A stretch of DNA of 64,000 nucleotides, taken from assembly GCF_009914755.1 (NCBI RefSeq), contig NC_060936.1. One strand, given 5' to 3'. This document shows positions 1 through 14,953 of this stretch, piece after piece; position 1 is the first letter of the stretch; the number at the start of each line of letters is the position of its first letter. The position numbers and the translations under genes were made by a program. The notes below the pieces were generated by a model, which was given only the letters and a program-made list of their open reading frames with translations, made no database searches and was not told where the DNA came from. The DNA is from the human T2T-CHM13v2.0 reference genome, Homo sapiens.

Positions 1-369
1 CTCCACTGTTGACTATTTTGTAGATAGCACACATTCACCTTGCATTTGGCAGAGAACACCAGCTTTGCTATGAATGCTCACAATTTTTGTAATACAGGGA
101 AATATTTAACATACTAGGAAAAAAAGGTTTAAATTCATTAACATTACTATTGTAATGTTCATATACTCCTCTTTTCTTAGGACACACTACAAATGATTTT
201 ATAGTGTTTCCATTTAACACACATAGTAGCTTTTCTTCTGGATTGTATGTGCAGTGCCATTGAACAGAAGCATAAAATTGTCAGTGGCCTACATTTTTTA
301 GATTATTTAACTATGATTAGAAATATTTTGATCCATTTTTTCACTTCAGCTCTTTTTCATATTAGTGCA

Positions 370-860
370 CACTTGACCCTTGAACAATACAGGTTTGAGC
401 TGGACGGGTCCACTTATATGCAGATTTCTTTCAGTGAAAGTTACACTGAGTGCTTCTGCCTCTCCTGCCTCCTCTTCCACCTCTTCTCCCTCTTCTGCCT
501 CTGTTACCCCTGAAACAGCAAGACCAACCCCTCCTCATCCTCAGCCTCCTCAACATGAAGACAGTAAAGATGAAAACCTTTATGATGATCCATTTCTACT
601 TAATGAGTAGTGAACAAATTTTCTCTCTTGCTTGTCTTATTTTTTTGTAGTTTACATGTAGTTTGTAAGGATGCAGTATATAATAATATCACATACAAAA
701 TATTTGTTAATCGACTGTGTTATCAGTAAGGCTTGCAGTCAACAGTAGGCTATTAGCAGTTAAGTTTTGTGGAGTCAAAAGTTTTGCGTGGATTTTTGTT
801 GGATTTCTGACTTCACAGGGAGTCAGTGCCCCAACCCCTGCATTGTTCAAGGGTCAATTG
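370..860. mobile_element. Tigger2a-like TcMar DNA transposon
   Basis: Terminal inverted repeats cacttgacccttgaacaa (370) and ttgttcaagggtcaattg (843-860) followed by TA; internal sequence resembles Tigger2. Confidence 0.85.
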
Positions 861-1120
861 TATTTTTGTCTGATTTCATGAGGGTGAACTTTTTATACTA
901 TACTTTTACAGATAGAAATGAAAGTACTTAGTAATAATTGAACATATGTACAGTAAAAATATTATAGCTGTTGTTTTAAAATAATTGTATTAAATTGAAA
1001 CTTAAGTTAGTCTTCAGGCTTTTTAAGGTTTTCAAATTTGAACTGGAATGCAATTCAGAATGTGCTAGAATAACATTTCTCCATTTCTCCAGTGTCAAGA
1101 TGGGAAGGCATACATTCTAA

Positions 1121-1453
<333 letters not shown>

Positions 1454-1659
1454 ATCCCCATCTATTTTTCACTAATATTCAAGCTAGAGTTGCTGGCTAA
1501 AATGATGGAGCATCAGAATTTGTGAACTCTGGGAATCATAGCAAGTGTATAACTATAATTCCTTTGTGTCTAAGGAGGGTGGACCTCTATATTAGAGAGA
1601 AGATTTACAAACGTTGGGGAAAAAATGGAAATTGAGACTGACTCCTAAGGAAACATCTG

Positions 1660-1990
1660 TTCACTCACTCAGCAAACATTTAGCCCACTCTGCTAATGCT
1701 AGGCACTGTGCTAGATATTTGGAGAGACACTGGAGAAAACTTAAGGTCCCTAGTCTTGTGGCTCTTACATTCTAGAGAGGGATTATAAATGACGGCGTAG
1801 TTATTAAAAAAATACAGATGATGATTTCAAGCCTTATAAGAGCAAAGAAGAAAAGTGAACCAAGTTAATGTAATGGAGAGTATTGGAGTAGGCGAGGCTG
1901 CTTTAGATCAGAGAGTCTGGGTGGACTTGATGGAGGAGGTCATGGATAGCCTTGCAGCTGGTAGACCTGTGGGCAACATTAACAGCAGAT
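1660..1990 (-). mobile_element. L2 fragment
   Basis: ttcactcactcagcaaacattt...ctaggcactgtgctag resembles a reverse L2 3' end; boundaries approximate. Confidence 0.6.
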
Positions 1991-2315
1991 AGGACAAGAG
2001 GGTTAGGGGCTAACTGAGCATTCACCTTTGTCTTCTTTTTCCCCTCGGTTATGAGTGTGACAAGGCGGAACATCCAAGGGATATGTTGCAGGTGTCTTAA
2101 GAGTCAGGTAAAAGGCAAGATGATTCATTATATCTGTTCTTTTTGTGATACCCATGTAACTACCTATAAGCTTCAAAGTGAAATAAACATTACCTCTTGT
2201 ACCTTAGCCCGCTTCTCATTCTTCATTACAAATTTAAGAAGGCAGTTATTAATGTGAATAGTCATTCTTCTTTTCAGCAGTGCCAACTTTAAAAAAAAAA
2301 ATCACTAACACTTAC

Positions 2316-2466
2316 CTGAGATGCAGCTGACATGTACCAAGATTGCTTGCCATTGCCCTCTCAACCCATCTGAGTCAAATTTTTCTTTCTGCTGCTGTTT
2401 TCCTTCTGCTGCCATTTTTCTTTCTGCTGCTGTCAAGATAGGAACATGTGCCTTCCCATCTTGACA
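2316..2466 (-). ncRNA. HMGA2-AS1: Internal exon of antisense lncRNA (151 nt)
   Basis: Minus-strand CT-rich tract and CCAG| acceptor (2467-2490); CAG|GTAAGT donor (acttac 2310-2315). Confidence 0.75.
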
Positions 2467-2979
2467 CTGGTAGAGAGAGAGATTGAGAGATTGAAGGGGG
2501 AGAAATCAGTTCTGATTTTCTAGTTTCTAAACACTGCAGAAGAACAAAGTAGAGAAGAAAGAGGAGAGTGTGTGAGGAAAGAAATGGCAAGAGGTACATG
2601 AGATAACTTAGCAGGGAGTTAAATAACTAGCTCACATAATGACAAAAAAACATTGGCACTAAATTGAGGGCCTGCCATTTTTGTTAACTGGTATCCCTGA
2701 ATGTGGCTAATGGCACAAGCTACGTAGAAACAGGCCCTTGTCCTGTTTTTGCAATGAGCAGAAATCTAGCCCACTGAGACATCGAGTTCTTTTCTAACTT
2801 TTTGCTCTGTTGAGAACATCTTTGCTTTTGGATACAAAGGCAGCATGAAAATCTGGAGGCCTTCTCAGGAAGGGGAACTTCTAGGAACTTAATCTGTTAG
2901 TGGGAAAGCCAGGAACCAGCACACTTGGAGTGTCATCTGAGCAGGAGGAGTTAGAATTGGCTGGCCAGTTTTCCCTTAA

Positions 2980-3260
2980 TGAGTGTTTATTATGTTTAAG
3001 CTACAGAACTAATTACTGTGAAAAGACATAAAGGAATGAGAAGACCAAAACCGTATCCTCATGATACTGACAAATCAGTTGGACTGAGCACACATGAATC
3101 AACTGAAGAACACTTCTGCCAAGTTCAAGTTGTGTAAAAGTGGAGGATATGAGTCTTGTGGGGACACAGAGTTGAGGCATGAGCTATTAGTCAGAGCCGT
3201 AAGGCTGCCTGCAGGAGAAGAACTTTGGATGGAGTTTTGAAGGAAGTGAGGAAAAGATCT
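2980..3260 (-). mobile_element. Old L2-like fragment hosting the LQN exon
   Basis: Degenerate similarity to reverse L2 (…gtttattatg…, …ggagttttgaaggaagtgagg); boundaries approximate. Confidence 0.45.
3001..3012 (+). CDS. HMGA2: HMGA2 alternative terminal exon, coding part LQN* (86-aa isoform)
   Basis: tttattatgtttaag|CTA CAG AAC TAA in phase 0; tail recalled as an HMGA2 variant. 3' end of the exon not determined. Confidence 0.7.
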   Translation, partial: LQN

Positions 3261-5219
3261 GAATTAACGTATTAACACATAAAGCTTGTCATCTGAACAG
3301 GACTATAAGCATCTCGAGGGTAAGAACGTGCCTTTTCTTTCTTACACATTCCCAGAAGACCCACATTCCTCATTGGGCTCTCTGTAACAGTATTTACTAA
3401 GCACTTGAATAACTGGACATGGGCACCATGTTGCTAAGTTGATTAAAGGTTGGTCTTCCACTCTGCCACTGGCCACAGCACAAAGTGAAAACAGATGTCA
3501 CAAGCACCTTGTAGATCTGTCCCTTTTTTCTTCTGATGTTCACCCTCCTTTTGAGCTCTTTCTTTCTCCAACATTGCTTACAAAATAATCTTTATGCATC
3601 TGAGAGGGAGCAAATATTCAGTAACTTTCTGCAGCTGTCCTCACTAAAGAGGAGAATCTGTTGAATGCCACTGGAAATGTAAGGATCTCTTGTGACAGTA
3701 ACATCTCAAGGGGAAACTAGTGGTTAAATTGTTAATTCTTTGAGTCTGAAACTTTTTTCATTTGCAGTGCAGATAAGTGCCTGATCTTGCAGTATCACGT
3801 TTCTGACTTCTTTGTTCTGGCTTCATTTTTTTTTTCCCAAAATGCCATTTTCATTTGTTCTTAGAGTTCAGAACATGTCAAAGAGCTTCTTTAAGCAGTA
3901 GGTGGTTTTACAGAGCCCACAGAGAAGGAAAACTAAATATCATCCCGGATGCAGTCCACTACGATCGTGGAGGAGTCAGATTACTCTCCGGGCTTTGCTG
4001 TGTCTGCTTGTGAAACAGGAAAGGGAGAACTGAGGCAATGAGTCACCTCACTTGGGCCCAAAGCACCACCTACGTTGAATATGGAGAAAATGTGAAGCAA
4101 GAGTTTCTTTTTATACATAATCACCATTTGTACATAATCACCATTTTCTCCATGGTTCTTATCCAATTCAGTGCATCTTAAAGGATGGTTTGTGGAATCA
4201 TGACATAGCAGAAAAATCCAGGTACTATCAGTCTTGCCTGTTTCTACCTAACTCTTTCATTTAAACTCTCACTAGAATCTATAGGAACTGTTAGCATCAA
4301 TTTTAATAAGTTGTCAACTAAGTGATTAGTGGTATTTATTGGTTATTTTTGACAAAATAATGGAATCATCAAATTTTGAAGTTGAGAAGTAAAGTAAAAA
4401 TTTGTGCCAAACCCCAAATGTAGACAAGGTCATATTATAAACATTAATGCTGTCCCAAACTGCCAATGCATTGCGTAGAACTGAGGTTAGCAGGTTACCA
4501 TTGATTTCCTCTACTTATGCTTTAAGAGGTTGGCATTGGTAAGCCGCTACACTTTCTTGGTCAATGAGGCAGAAACCCCTTTGCAAAACTCTCAACTGAT
4601 GAAAAGATTAGCTAGAATGACTCTAGGAACTGTTTTCTAAGGATCTGACTCATTGATTCCTTTTTTTGGTAGGGTTCTCTGGGCCAAGTTAGTTCGAGTA
4701 TTTATCATTTAAATTAGGATATTACCATCACCATCATCATGTACATTCATAAATCAAAGCAAGATTAGAGAAGGAATATGGTGGATCACAGAGCAACTCA
4801 GAAAGACGACAGCAACAACTAGGAAATGAAACACCATGGTTGTATTTCAGGAACCCTACCCAGCAGATAGGAATTACCATAGCTCCTAAAATTCCATCTG
4901 GGTGGTTGATGGAGCCTCAATTAATCTGACACCATAGCCCATGCTCCCCTCTTGCTACCTGCTGAAGTTAGCAGGGAAAAGTCAAAGAGGGTGCTGTCAG
5001 TGGGGTCAATTCTTAGGGATCATAGTGAACCACCCTCCATTGCACTGACTCTTTCCCACAAAATGGGCTAGAGATAGCAGCTCTCCTTATGTATTTAAGA
5101 AAGAATGGTCAAAAAATACAATTCACATTTTATTCTGGTATATACCATTTTGACAGTGTTTCACAATGTAGGTAATATGAATGGGAGTATTTAAACACAA
5201 TCCTGTTTAATATTCTTAG

Positions 5220-5430
5220 CCAGTACTTATTAAATGCCTACCAAGCCTGGCATTGTTCTAGAGACCTCAAAATACACCTTTAAAAACATATTTTATTGAC
5301 AGTTGTATAAATGAAGAAAACAAGTCTCAGAAAATTAAAGTGACTTGCACAGATACACAAGCTAGAAAGTAATAAAACTGAATTTTGAACCCAGGTTTGT
5401 CAGACTCTAAAGTCCATGATTTTCTGCTCC
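5220..5430 (-). mobile_element. MIR
   Basis: aatgaagaaaacaagtctcagaaaattaaagtgacttgc…ttgaacccagg: reverse MIR core. Confidence 0.7.
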
Positions 5431-5960
5431 ATGTGGCCAACCCAGTTAGAAAGGTTATAAAAAATCTTAACAGTTTTTCAGCCCTTCTCACACTTAGCTT
5501 TAGGATTAAAAGTATTGGTCATGATTTGCAAAAAAAAAAAAAGTAGTGCACAATATTCCAGCTATATTCAATAAACATTTGTTGAATACAACGTATGTAT
5601 ATACAGGTCATTGTTACAGGTCTGTGTATAAGTAAACACAATATGGTCCTTAGCTTTAAGACCTTTCAGTCTAGGGGTAGATATGCATGTGCATACAACT
5701 TCTGTTTATTTTTGAATTTCAACTATGTGTCAGGTGTTAGGCTGAGCACATTATGAACATTGTCTTGATTTATTATTTAACCTTGTACGAGCCTTGTAAG
5801 GTAGTGGTTTTCGAAATATTTTTGCCAAAATGTAAATAGTAAAAAACAATATGTGAAGCCTTTATTCCAACTAGGTAAAATAAGGAAGGCTTTACAAAGG
5901 AGATGAATGACACTTCAGCTGAGCCCTAAAGAATGAATAGGATTCTAATAGAACAGCTGG

Positions 5961-6256
<296 letters not shown>

Positions 6257-6639
6257 CAGCTGGAAGATGACATCCCTGGGACAGGGACTTCCATGTCATG
6301 TGAAAAGTAGGAGTAAATCAATGGAGGCAGGGAAATGTAGGGTGTATTTAGGTAAGAGCAGCTAGTTTGGATTGGATAGTGTACATTAGAGACATACCAT
6401 GGGTGAGGGGGTGGATGTGGACAGTGAACCTAAACGCTTTGTGGTAGCAGGTCACAGGGGCCGTGCATACATGCTTAAGGAGATTGGATGTTACAGGAAA
6501 TGGGAAGCTATTAAAGATTTCTAAGCAAGAGAATGACAGGTCAAATCCGACATGATTTAGAAAAAACGTAGGCTCAGTCAGAAGCCATAGTCTAATGACC
6601 AATGCATCATAATTACTTGCTACACTAATTTTCTTCTTT

Positions 6640-6920
6640 AGAAGTCAGCTTTTAAGATATGTGTTTATAATACAGATTTATACAGTTTTACATGGTTGAA
6701 ACAAAGAATAATAATATTTATTATGTAAGATTCAAATTTCAGTATCAACAAATAAAGTATTCCTGGGCCCAGCCGCACCTATTGGTTCACGTATTGTCTA
6801 TACCTGCTTTCCTACTACAGTGGCAGAGCTGAGTACCTGCCACAGAGACCGTCTGCCCAACAAAGCCTGAATTATTTACTCTCCAACCCTTAAGAGAAGA
6901 AGGTTGCTGACTCCTGCTCT
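6640..6920. mobile_element. MER58-like hAT-Charlie element
   Basis: caaagcctgaattatttactctc…gttgctgactcctg end typical of MER58. Confidence 0.65.
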
Positions 6921-7639
6921 ATTGTGTCTTTCTGGCCCTCTTAATCCATTTATATAGGTTTCTTCCTTTTGTGTGTGAATGGAAAATGAATTTAAGTTCA
7001 TTAGTAGAAGCAAGACACCTTTAGCTTGGCCTCCAGGTATTATTTGTTTTCCTTCTCATGAGAATTTTGAATGTTCTATATCTAGATTCTCGAGGCTAAA
7101 GAATAATGAAGCAGAAAATGTTTTCTCCATTACTATATCCCCTTCCTATGGGGATTCTGAAGGTGCGGTTTTCCCTCTAGGTGAGAGAACTACATTCCTT
7201 TCCTAGGCAGATTCCATTTTAGTTCACACTCAGGCTGTCAGATGCACAGAACAATGTCACATGGGCTTCTTAAGACCTCTTAAAAATCACTTCCAGTTTG
7301 ACTTCTGCCCATACTTTACTCTGTTAGTTTTCCTCAGAAAGGCTTGGCAATAGCAGAATAATCTTTGATTACCAACAATATATTTAATTTTCCTATTTGA
7401 TAGGCTGATGCCGCAGAAAATAACCAATTGCCTTCTGTGCTTTGTAGCTTTGTGCTCCACTGCATCATCACTTTCTTGGGTTTAGGGGTCTGTGGGCATA
7501 GCAAAAGGTGTGACAGCCTGTCCTTGTTAGACTGAAGCCAGTCTGAAGTGGCAGGGAGGCAACAGGATGCCAGCCAAATGAAACATATGCTCCAGATCTT
7601 TCATCCAGTCCGGAGCCTAGTGTGACTTGGCTTCTGCCC

Positions 7640-8775
7640 CCTTCATCCTTCCTAGGGTCCCCCTACACAAAATCCTCTAAATAAGGTTGCCAGTAACCTC
7701 TTAACTGCCAAATCCAGGGGACACTTCTCAGTCCCCGTCCTGATGTCTCTTCTGAAATATCTGACACATCAGCCGTGCCTCCTTATTTCACACTTGCCTT
7801 CCTTGGATGCCTGAAGGTAAACCTGTCCTGTGTTTCTTCTCTTGTCAAGAAGTTCCTTGCACCCGGGAGGCTCTTCTTTCTCTACCTGCCCTCTGCACGT
7901 CGCTCGTCTCCAGGGTTATATCTGAGGTCCTCTATTTTTCATTCCATGTGTTCATTCTGAGTTAGCTCTGTGGTATCTGTGTTTCAGTCACTGCCTGCAT
8001 TGACTGACTGTATTCGTAGCTTATCTGAGTGCCATCATACACCCGGTCATCCTTGACTTGTCAGTCTCCATTTTCAACATTTGCAAAGTTCTGCCATTTA
8101 TTACTCCTAAAGGTGCCTGGAGCTATATGTTTTGAGTTTTCTTTTCCTACATTCCCACTGCCACATTCTTTGTACAAGTCTTTATCATCTCTCACTTAAA
8201 CTATTTGCACCAGCCTCCTACTAGTTTTCCTGCCGCCTCTACTTTTCTTTGTCCAGCTTACCTCCATTATCACTGCAAGTGTTTTCTTCAGAACAGACAC
8301 TTTATCACTCTCCTGCCAAACATTTTCAATGACTACCATTCACCCAAGGAAGTCTGAACTTCTTATGTTGATTATAGCATTGGGCCTAGTTTCTAATCTT
8401 GCCTCCTACTACCCACCAGTTGAAATCTTCACTTCCTTAGGACAGAAAGACCCGTTTTTCTGAAACTTCCATTAGGTCTTTCACATCTGTGCTCTGGTTG
8501 GTATAGTCTTTACCTTTACTTCCATTTGGACCAATCTCAACACATCTCCCAAGACCCAGTTCAAATACGGTGCCCCCGCCAACCTCTCTTGAAATTATTT
8601 CCTTCCTGTTTGCCTCATGGGAATTTGCACACACCTGAGGTAAAGGACTTTTACCCGTCTACTATAATTATTTGTTTACATGTTTTTCATGCATGAAACT
8701 ATGTCTCATCTATCTTTGTATTTTCAATACAGAGCATAGTGTGTGTCTTATAAAAAGTATCCAAAGAATGAATGT
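7640..8775 (+). mobile_element. L2 fragment
   Basis: Pyrimidine-rich L2 body (ctgccaaatccagggg…cagcctcctactag) ending in gaatgaatg. Confidence 0.65.
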
Positions 8776-9516
8776 GTCCAAGCCATGTGTCTGCACCTGT
8801 ACCATGAGCTCTCTAGGTTCTGTTGTCTGGTGTGTTACAAATAAATAATGCTTTCAGCACCAAATACGGCAGCCATCAGCAGAAATGGCTTATTTCCTTT
8901 TCTCAATATTTTTTTCGTACTGAATCTAGGCTAAGTGTAGATGGCTATAGATAGTCATTCATGAAGTCAAATGCACCAGTGGGATTGGAGGATAGTATTT
9001 ATTTTAGAAAAAAAGAAAGAAGGAAAAGAGGAGAGATGTCCAGTGTCACTATTAGTGAACCACATATATTATACTTTAATTTCCCTTATAAATATGAAAA
9101 GAGCTTGGTAGAAAGTAAGATATATAAAGCATGTCTACATGTGTTTTATGATGTGTATACATATATGTATGTAGATACATACATATATTTAAATGTGACC
9201 ATTATCACATTACTCTGTTATATTTTATTATATTCATCCTCACAAAATTCATTGTTAAAGACAGGGAACTGAGGATTTGTTTTCAAGTCTTGCTTGTGGT
9301 ATTTGCCCGTGCTTGCACAAGAGTAACAATAATGGCAGAATCATTTATTAGATGACTGAAAAGAGCAGGCACACATGGAGGTTTAACATATGGTCGCTGT
9401 CCTTATGGAATTCAAAAATCAGACACCAAAAAAGGTAGGTAACAATATAGGGCAGTTTGAGGTATGCCAATTAATGGCCCACAGTTAGTGAGATTTTGTT
9501 TTTTATCTCTCTATAG

Positions 9517-9558
9517 CCTACTATTGCACTTTGCACACACTGGATAAACATCTGCTGA
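9517..9558 (+). CDS. HMGA2: HMGA2 alternative terminal exon, coding part PTIALCTHWINIC* (96-aa isoform)
   Basis: Strong acceptor ttttgttttttatctctctatag|CCT ACT ATT…TGC TGA, with AATAAA at 9569-9574; tail recalled as an HMGA2 variant. Confidence 0.85.
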   Translation, partial: PTIALCTHWINIC

Positions 9559-9568
9559 ATGAGTGGAC

Positions 9569-9574
9569 AATAAA
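9569..9574 (+). terminator. Polyadenylation signal of the PTIALC terminal exon
   Basis: AATAAA 10 nt after the stop codon, with U-rich sequence downstream. Confidence 0.7.
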
Positions 9575-10837
9575 ACAGAAGCAAATTTGTACTAATTTTT
9601 CAATTATGTTTTCTTCCTTGTATGCATTATTGTTGACACCAGCTTGTTGGGAATAAGAGTAAGAATTTATCCTTTACAGTTTCATAGATCTCATTTATCA
9701 CCTACAAGAAAAGAAAACTTATTTTTGTTTTATAAACTTAAAATGTAAATTAATAAATATATAATATAAATAATAAAGCTATATAAATAATAGATATATG
9801 TAATACACAGAATTTAAAGCTATATAAAGTCTACTACTTAGTTGAAGACTTTGTCAGTCTTGCTGAGACACATTGAGTGAAAATATATATAAAAACCTTT
9901 AATGATGTGAGGTGAATACTCAAGAAATTTTAATCATCTTCTTTTCAGTGGTAACGAATTACGCTCATACAACAAAGCCTAGGTTTCCAGCAGGAGGGAA
10001 ACCATTTGAAGATGTGGTGCCCTTTAGAAATTGTTTAGAATCTTTTCAGAAGGAGGTGTAGTGTGACTCCAGGTGCCTCTCTAGGGTTGTTGAAGTGAGT
10101 GCAGGTGACCTCTATGTACTTGTTCTTCAAGCTGCTTTATAATAAGCAGCTTGCTACCCTGATTTACCCGCAGAACCACCTTAAGACTTGGCAAGATATC
10201 TTTTTTAAAAAAATAAAGTAATGGATAATCATAGTTCAAACTCATTTGTTTTTCTGTATGTATACATACAGGTAAACATTTTCACAAGTACGCTTAAAAA
10301 TAGTAGAAGAGTTTAAAGATTTGCCCCAATGGGCTCATCTCTCCCTTTTCCAGTTTGGTGCTCCATCTCAGAAAAAGAGAGTCACATTTTGAGACAGATG
10401 TAGCTCTTTCTACAGATTTTTCCAGAGCAAGAAAATTGGGATCTCACACATCTGCAGTACTTATTTTATCTTCTCATCTCCCTTTATTCAACCAGAAAGG
10501 TTCCCCGCCCCCCCAGTAATACCCTTTTAGAATTATCATGTAGCTTGATGCTATGGCCATAATGGGTTTTGTCTTGTTTTGTTTAATCACAGATGTAAAA
10601 ATAAAAAGAAATGCTTATATTTATTAGAGTTAATACAAGTAATTGTCCCAAAGTAGTCCCAAATTAATTTTTACTCCCCTATTCTCATATGAGAAAATAT
10701 ACTGACAGTGGCTCAGTACCTGCTTGCTTTGCTTGTCTTACTGGCAATAATACCAGATGTATTTTATTTAATTGAATAGCTGTGTTCCTGAGTGAGTAAA
10801 TGATACTATTCTAAGGTGATCTATTTACATACACTAG

Positions 10838-11275
<438 letters not shown>

Positions 11276-12510
11276 TTGTCTGGTTTTTTAATAGTAGGCC
11301 TACGTATGCCATTAGTCAACTTTCTGTGAGTTTGAACTACCAACTTGGTGGATGTTTTTCTTTTTTTATTTGCTTTTTTTCTTTGAATTATTTTTACTAT
11401 CATTAGAGAATGTGCAAGGTTACTTAGTAGAGAATGAGCTCATCTCTGCTTCTTCAGCTATTTTTAGAATCTGATTTTTTTTAAAAGTGGTTGGAGGAAA
11501 GAAATGAAACTGCATTCAACTAGACTGAACTTGGTCACCATTATCATGGGGATTGGTGAGGTTTTCTCTTTGTTGATGTCTTCAGTTTTCAACAAAATTG
11601 CTTCTTTGGAAGTTTTTGCTTTTTCTCCTAAACTGGTTATATAGGAATGTAGTAGGTACAGGTCATTCCATTATATAAATCTGTGTTTATAAATGATTTA
11701 CTTAGCTGTTCCAGCCTGTTAGTTAAATATGTATTTAAGGCCTGTTTTTTCAAAAAAAAAATGTATATATAGAAAAAAAAATAGAAGCTCACAGAATGGA
11801 TACTGAGTTGCTGAAAATTAGTCATTTGAATTTAAATCTTTTCAGGAGTTTTTGCATTAGGAATTTACACCATATACTCACTCTGAAACCATGGCATAAA
11901 AAGTATAATTAGTCACATCTATTAAAACAGTGAAAGAAAATATTTGGTAATTTTCTATTAGCCAATAAGTTACTTTGCATAAGGCAATTGTGAATACTCT
12001 TTCTCTTCCTAATCTTAATATGTACACAACTATACATTCAATATTTCTTTCAAGAAAACCAAATCCTACAACCCCAGAAAGAGATTCTAATTTGGTTGTT
12101 CTCCATTTCTCTTTATATCATTTATAAAGCACGCAAAACAATTTCTGGCCTCTGATTTTTGAAAACCATAAAATCATTTCACCACTTAAGCCCAAACTTT
12201 CTAAATCAAATTTTTACTCTAAGAACAAATACTTTCACCATTTATAAACCTTTCAAATTAAGGTTTTGAGTAGAGCTTTCCAGACAGCCTCCGGAAACCA
12301 TACCCCATAGCAACACATGTCCCTAAAGCACATTATATTATGTGGTGCTCTACCATAGATGCCCAGTATTTGCCACAGAAGGAACAGAACTTGTCTTACC
12401 CCATGAGTAGGCCAATTGGTCAGTGGAGGAGTGACAGGTGAGCAGTCAGTGAGGTGCTGGAGGAGGGTGGATGTGGGGGGTGTGAAGGTTTAGGAGTAGA
12501 AAAAACTCAC

Positions 12511-12657
12511 ACTCGGGGCTCTGGGTTGCTGGGTGCTTTCTTTGCAGCCCTGGTTTGTGAAGTGATTTATGGGCCATACATCACCTTCCTGGTTGGCTTT
12601 GTTGACACCTTGTCACATTCTTGCTTGGGCTTGAGGAATTCATTGTTCTTGTTTGAA
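12511..12657 (-). ncRNA. HMGA2-AS1: Internal exon of antisense lncRNA (147 nt)
   Basis: Minus-strand long pyrimidine tract (12661-12700) and CAG| acceptor; GTGAGT donor (actcac 12505-12510); stops in all three frames. Confidence 0.8.
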
Positions 12658-14638
12658 CTGATAAGAACAAAAACAAAAATGAAGAAAGAAAAAAGAAAGG
12701 TTTTCTCACTGAGACCTTGGGAAAAGCTAAGGGGGTGGAATGTTGACGTGGAGCGGCAGGCTGCACTTTCCCAAGCAATGCAGCCCTGCGTCTGCTGGCT
12801 GCTGCAGCAGCAGGGAAGCTTTGCCTTTAGGAGTTCTGGCAGAAGCTTTATTTGCCCTGTGGAAGTAGTTTCCTGGCTTGGAGCTGTTCCTTTTTGCTAG
12901 AATGGTACTGTGCAGAGAGGCCTTAGGAGGGGTCAAGGAGAGAGGTTTTCCTTTGAGAACTGGGAGACATAATGGCTGAGAGGAGATTCCAATGGGAGGT
13001 AAAATGACCCCGGTCACTGGGAGAATGTAAAACACACGGTGACTTGATGTGAGCTGGTCTCTCCAAAGTTCATCCCGCTGTACAGCATGCATTTTGGGCA
13101 TGGTGCCATGCTGACCTTTCCCCTTTAATGTGTAGTGCCCCATGCTTCACTTAGTATTTTGGCAGCCTGCACACAGAGGCTAGCATTTGAGCCCAGTGCT
13201 TTGAAGAGAGCAAAAAAGTTTCAGAATGAGAACTCTTCAAGTCACTGGTTATACATAGGGTATTATCTCCCACGTCAATGGAGCAATGGATGACCTGCCT
13301 GGTTTTTTTTTTAGGCCTCTTCCCTTTTGTCTTTGCTTCAAAAAAAAAATTAATAGATTAAATTATTTGTCATCCAAGAGAAGTAAACAGGTCAGATCCT
13401 ATGTTCCATATCATGGGATTGTAAACGCTCATATTTCCTTTTGTGAAAATTTTTTCTTTAAGAGCAGCCAAGCATGAACATACTGCATTCACTAATATTC
13501 TCTGTCATCATGCTACTGTTGATTGAAAGGAGAAGAACCTACTTGCACCCCAGCCAAGGGTGAGGTGTCCTGGGGAGTGTTCACACTTTTGTGTTATACT
13601 GTTAACAAGTTCATGTGTAATGTAATAATAAATCATTTTACCTGGAAGCGCCATTCACACATCCCCACTATGAACCCCATTTTGAACTGGAGCCATAGAA
13701 AACTGTTTTTAAGCTTCTTAAAATGGTTCTCTGCAACAACGTTTCTTGTAGAATGAGGATGCATAAACTTGTTATAACATACTTGACTTTCCAAGTGGTC
13801 CCTGTAAACAAGGGATGCTTGAAGAACTGCCAAGCTAGGTAGCCAGAGATTGGGATTGAAGAGCTGACATTGTTCTAACACTGAATGCAAATGGAAATGA
13901 CCTAATACATGTGTAATAGTAAAGCTAATAAACGTGTAACTGTATAGCAATTGCAGGATTAAAATAAGAAGCAAATTTTGGAAAGCGCACACTTTTTCTT
14001 TTGGGTCATCTACCTTGCTATGAAGTGATATTTTGAATAACATTTAAATATCTAAATATGTGTATTGCCATTAATATTGACATCAAAGTTTCAACACATA
14101 TCTGTTTTAAAAAATCTACAAGCCCAGTTTCCCCAGTTTCTTTATAACTCTGATGAGCCTGCTAGTTCTGCCTTTGCTTTTTTCCCAACTTGGAATCTAC
14201 TCTGGTTTCCAGAATTAGGTTTATTGACAGTGTTTCACTGCTCTCTGCTGGAGAAGCCCAAAGCCAAGCCAGGCATCTAAGGCTCTAATGACTTGCAAGG
14301 AATGCAGGTGAGATGGCTCAGCTGATAAACTCCCGGCCTCTGAAATTAAACTCAACACAAGACTTATTCATACTAGTCGAAGATCACAGTTTACAAGCTA
14401 TGCTGTACAGGCTAGAAATGGGTTTCTCAGAGAGTAGTATAGGTAAGATAGAAAGTGTAATACTGCCTAAGCTCCAATTTCTTGCTTCGAATGTTGTCCT
14501 TTGTAAAGATATCCTATATAATGTTGCACAGAAACTGTGCAGTTTCTCAAGTCAATTTTCATCCTTCCATTTTTGACACATAGGTATAAACTTAATTCTG
14601 GTATGTACATCTGAGACAGTAATCAACCATTCCCCTGA

Positions 14639-14953
<315 letters not shown>

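Noticed and set aside
247-650. Three overlapping + strand ORFs
   Set aside because: They lie largely in the Tigger2a-like element and low-complexity sequence, with no exon context.
12454-12900. 148-aa + strand ORF
   Set aside because: GTG start, no recognisable protein, and its splice signals point to a minus-strand exon instead.
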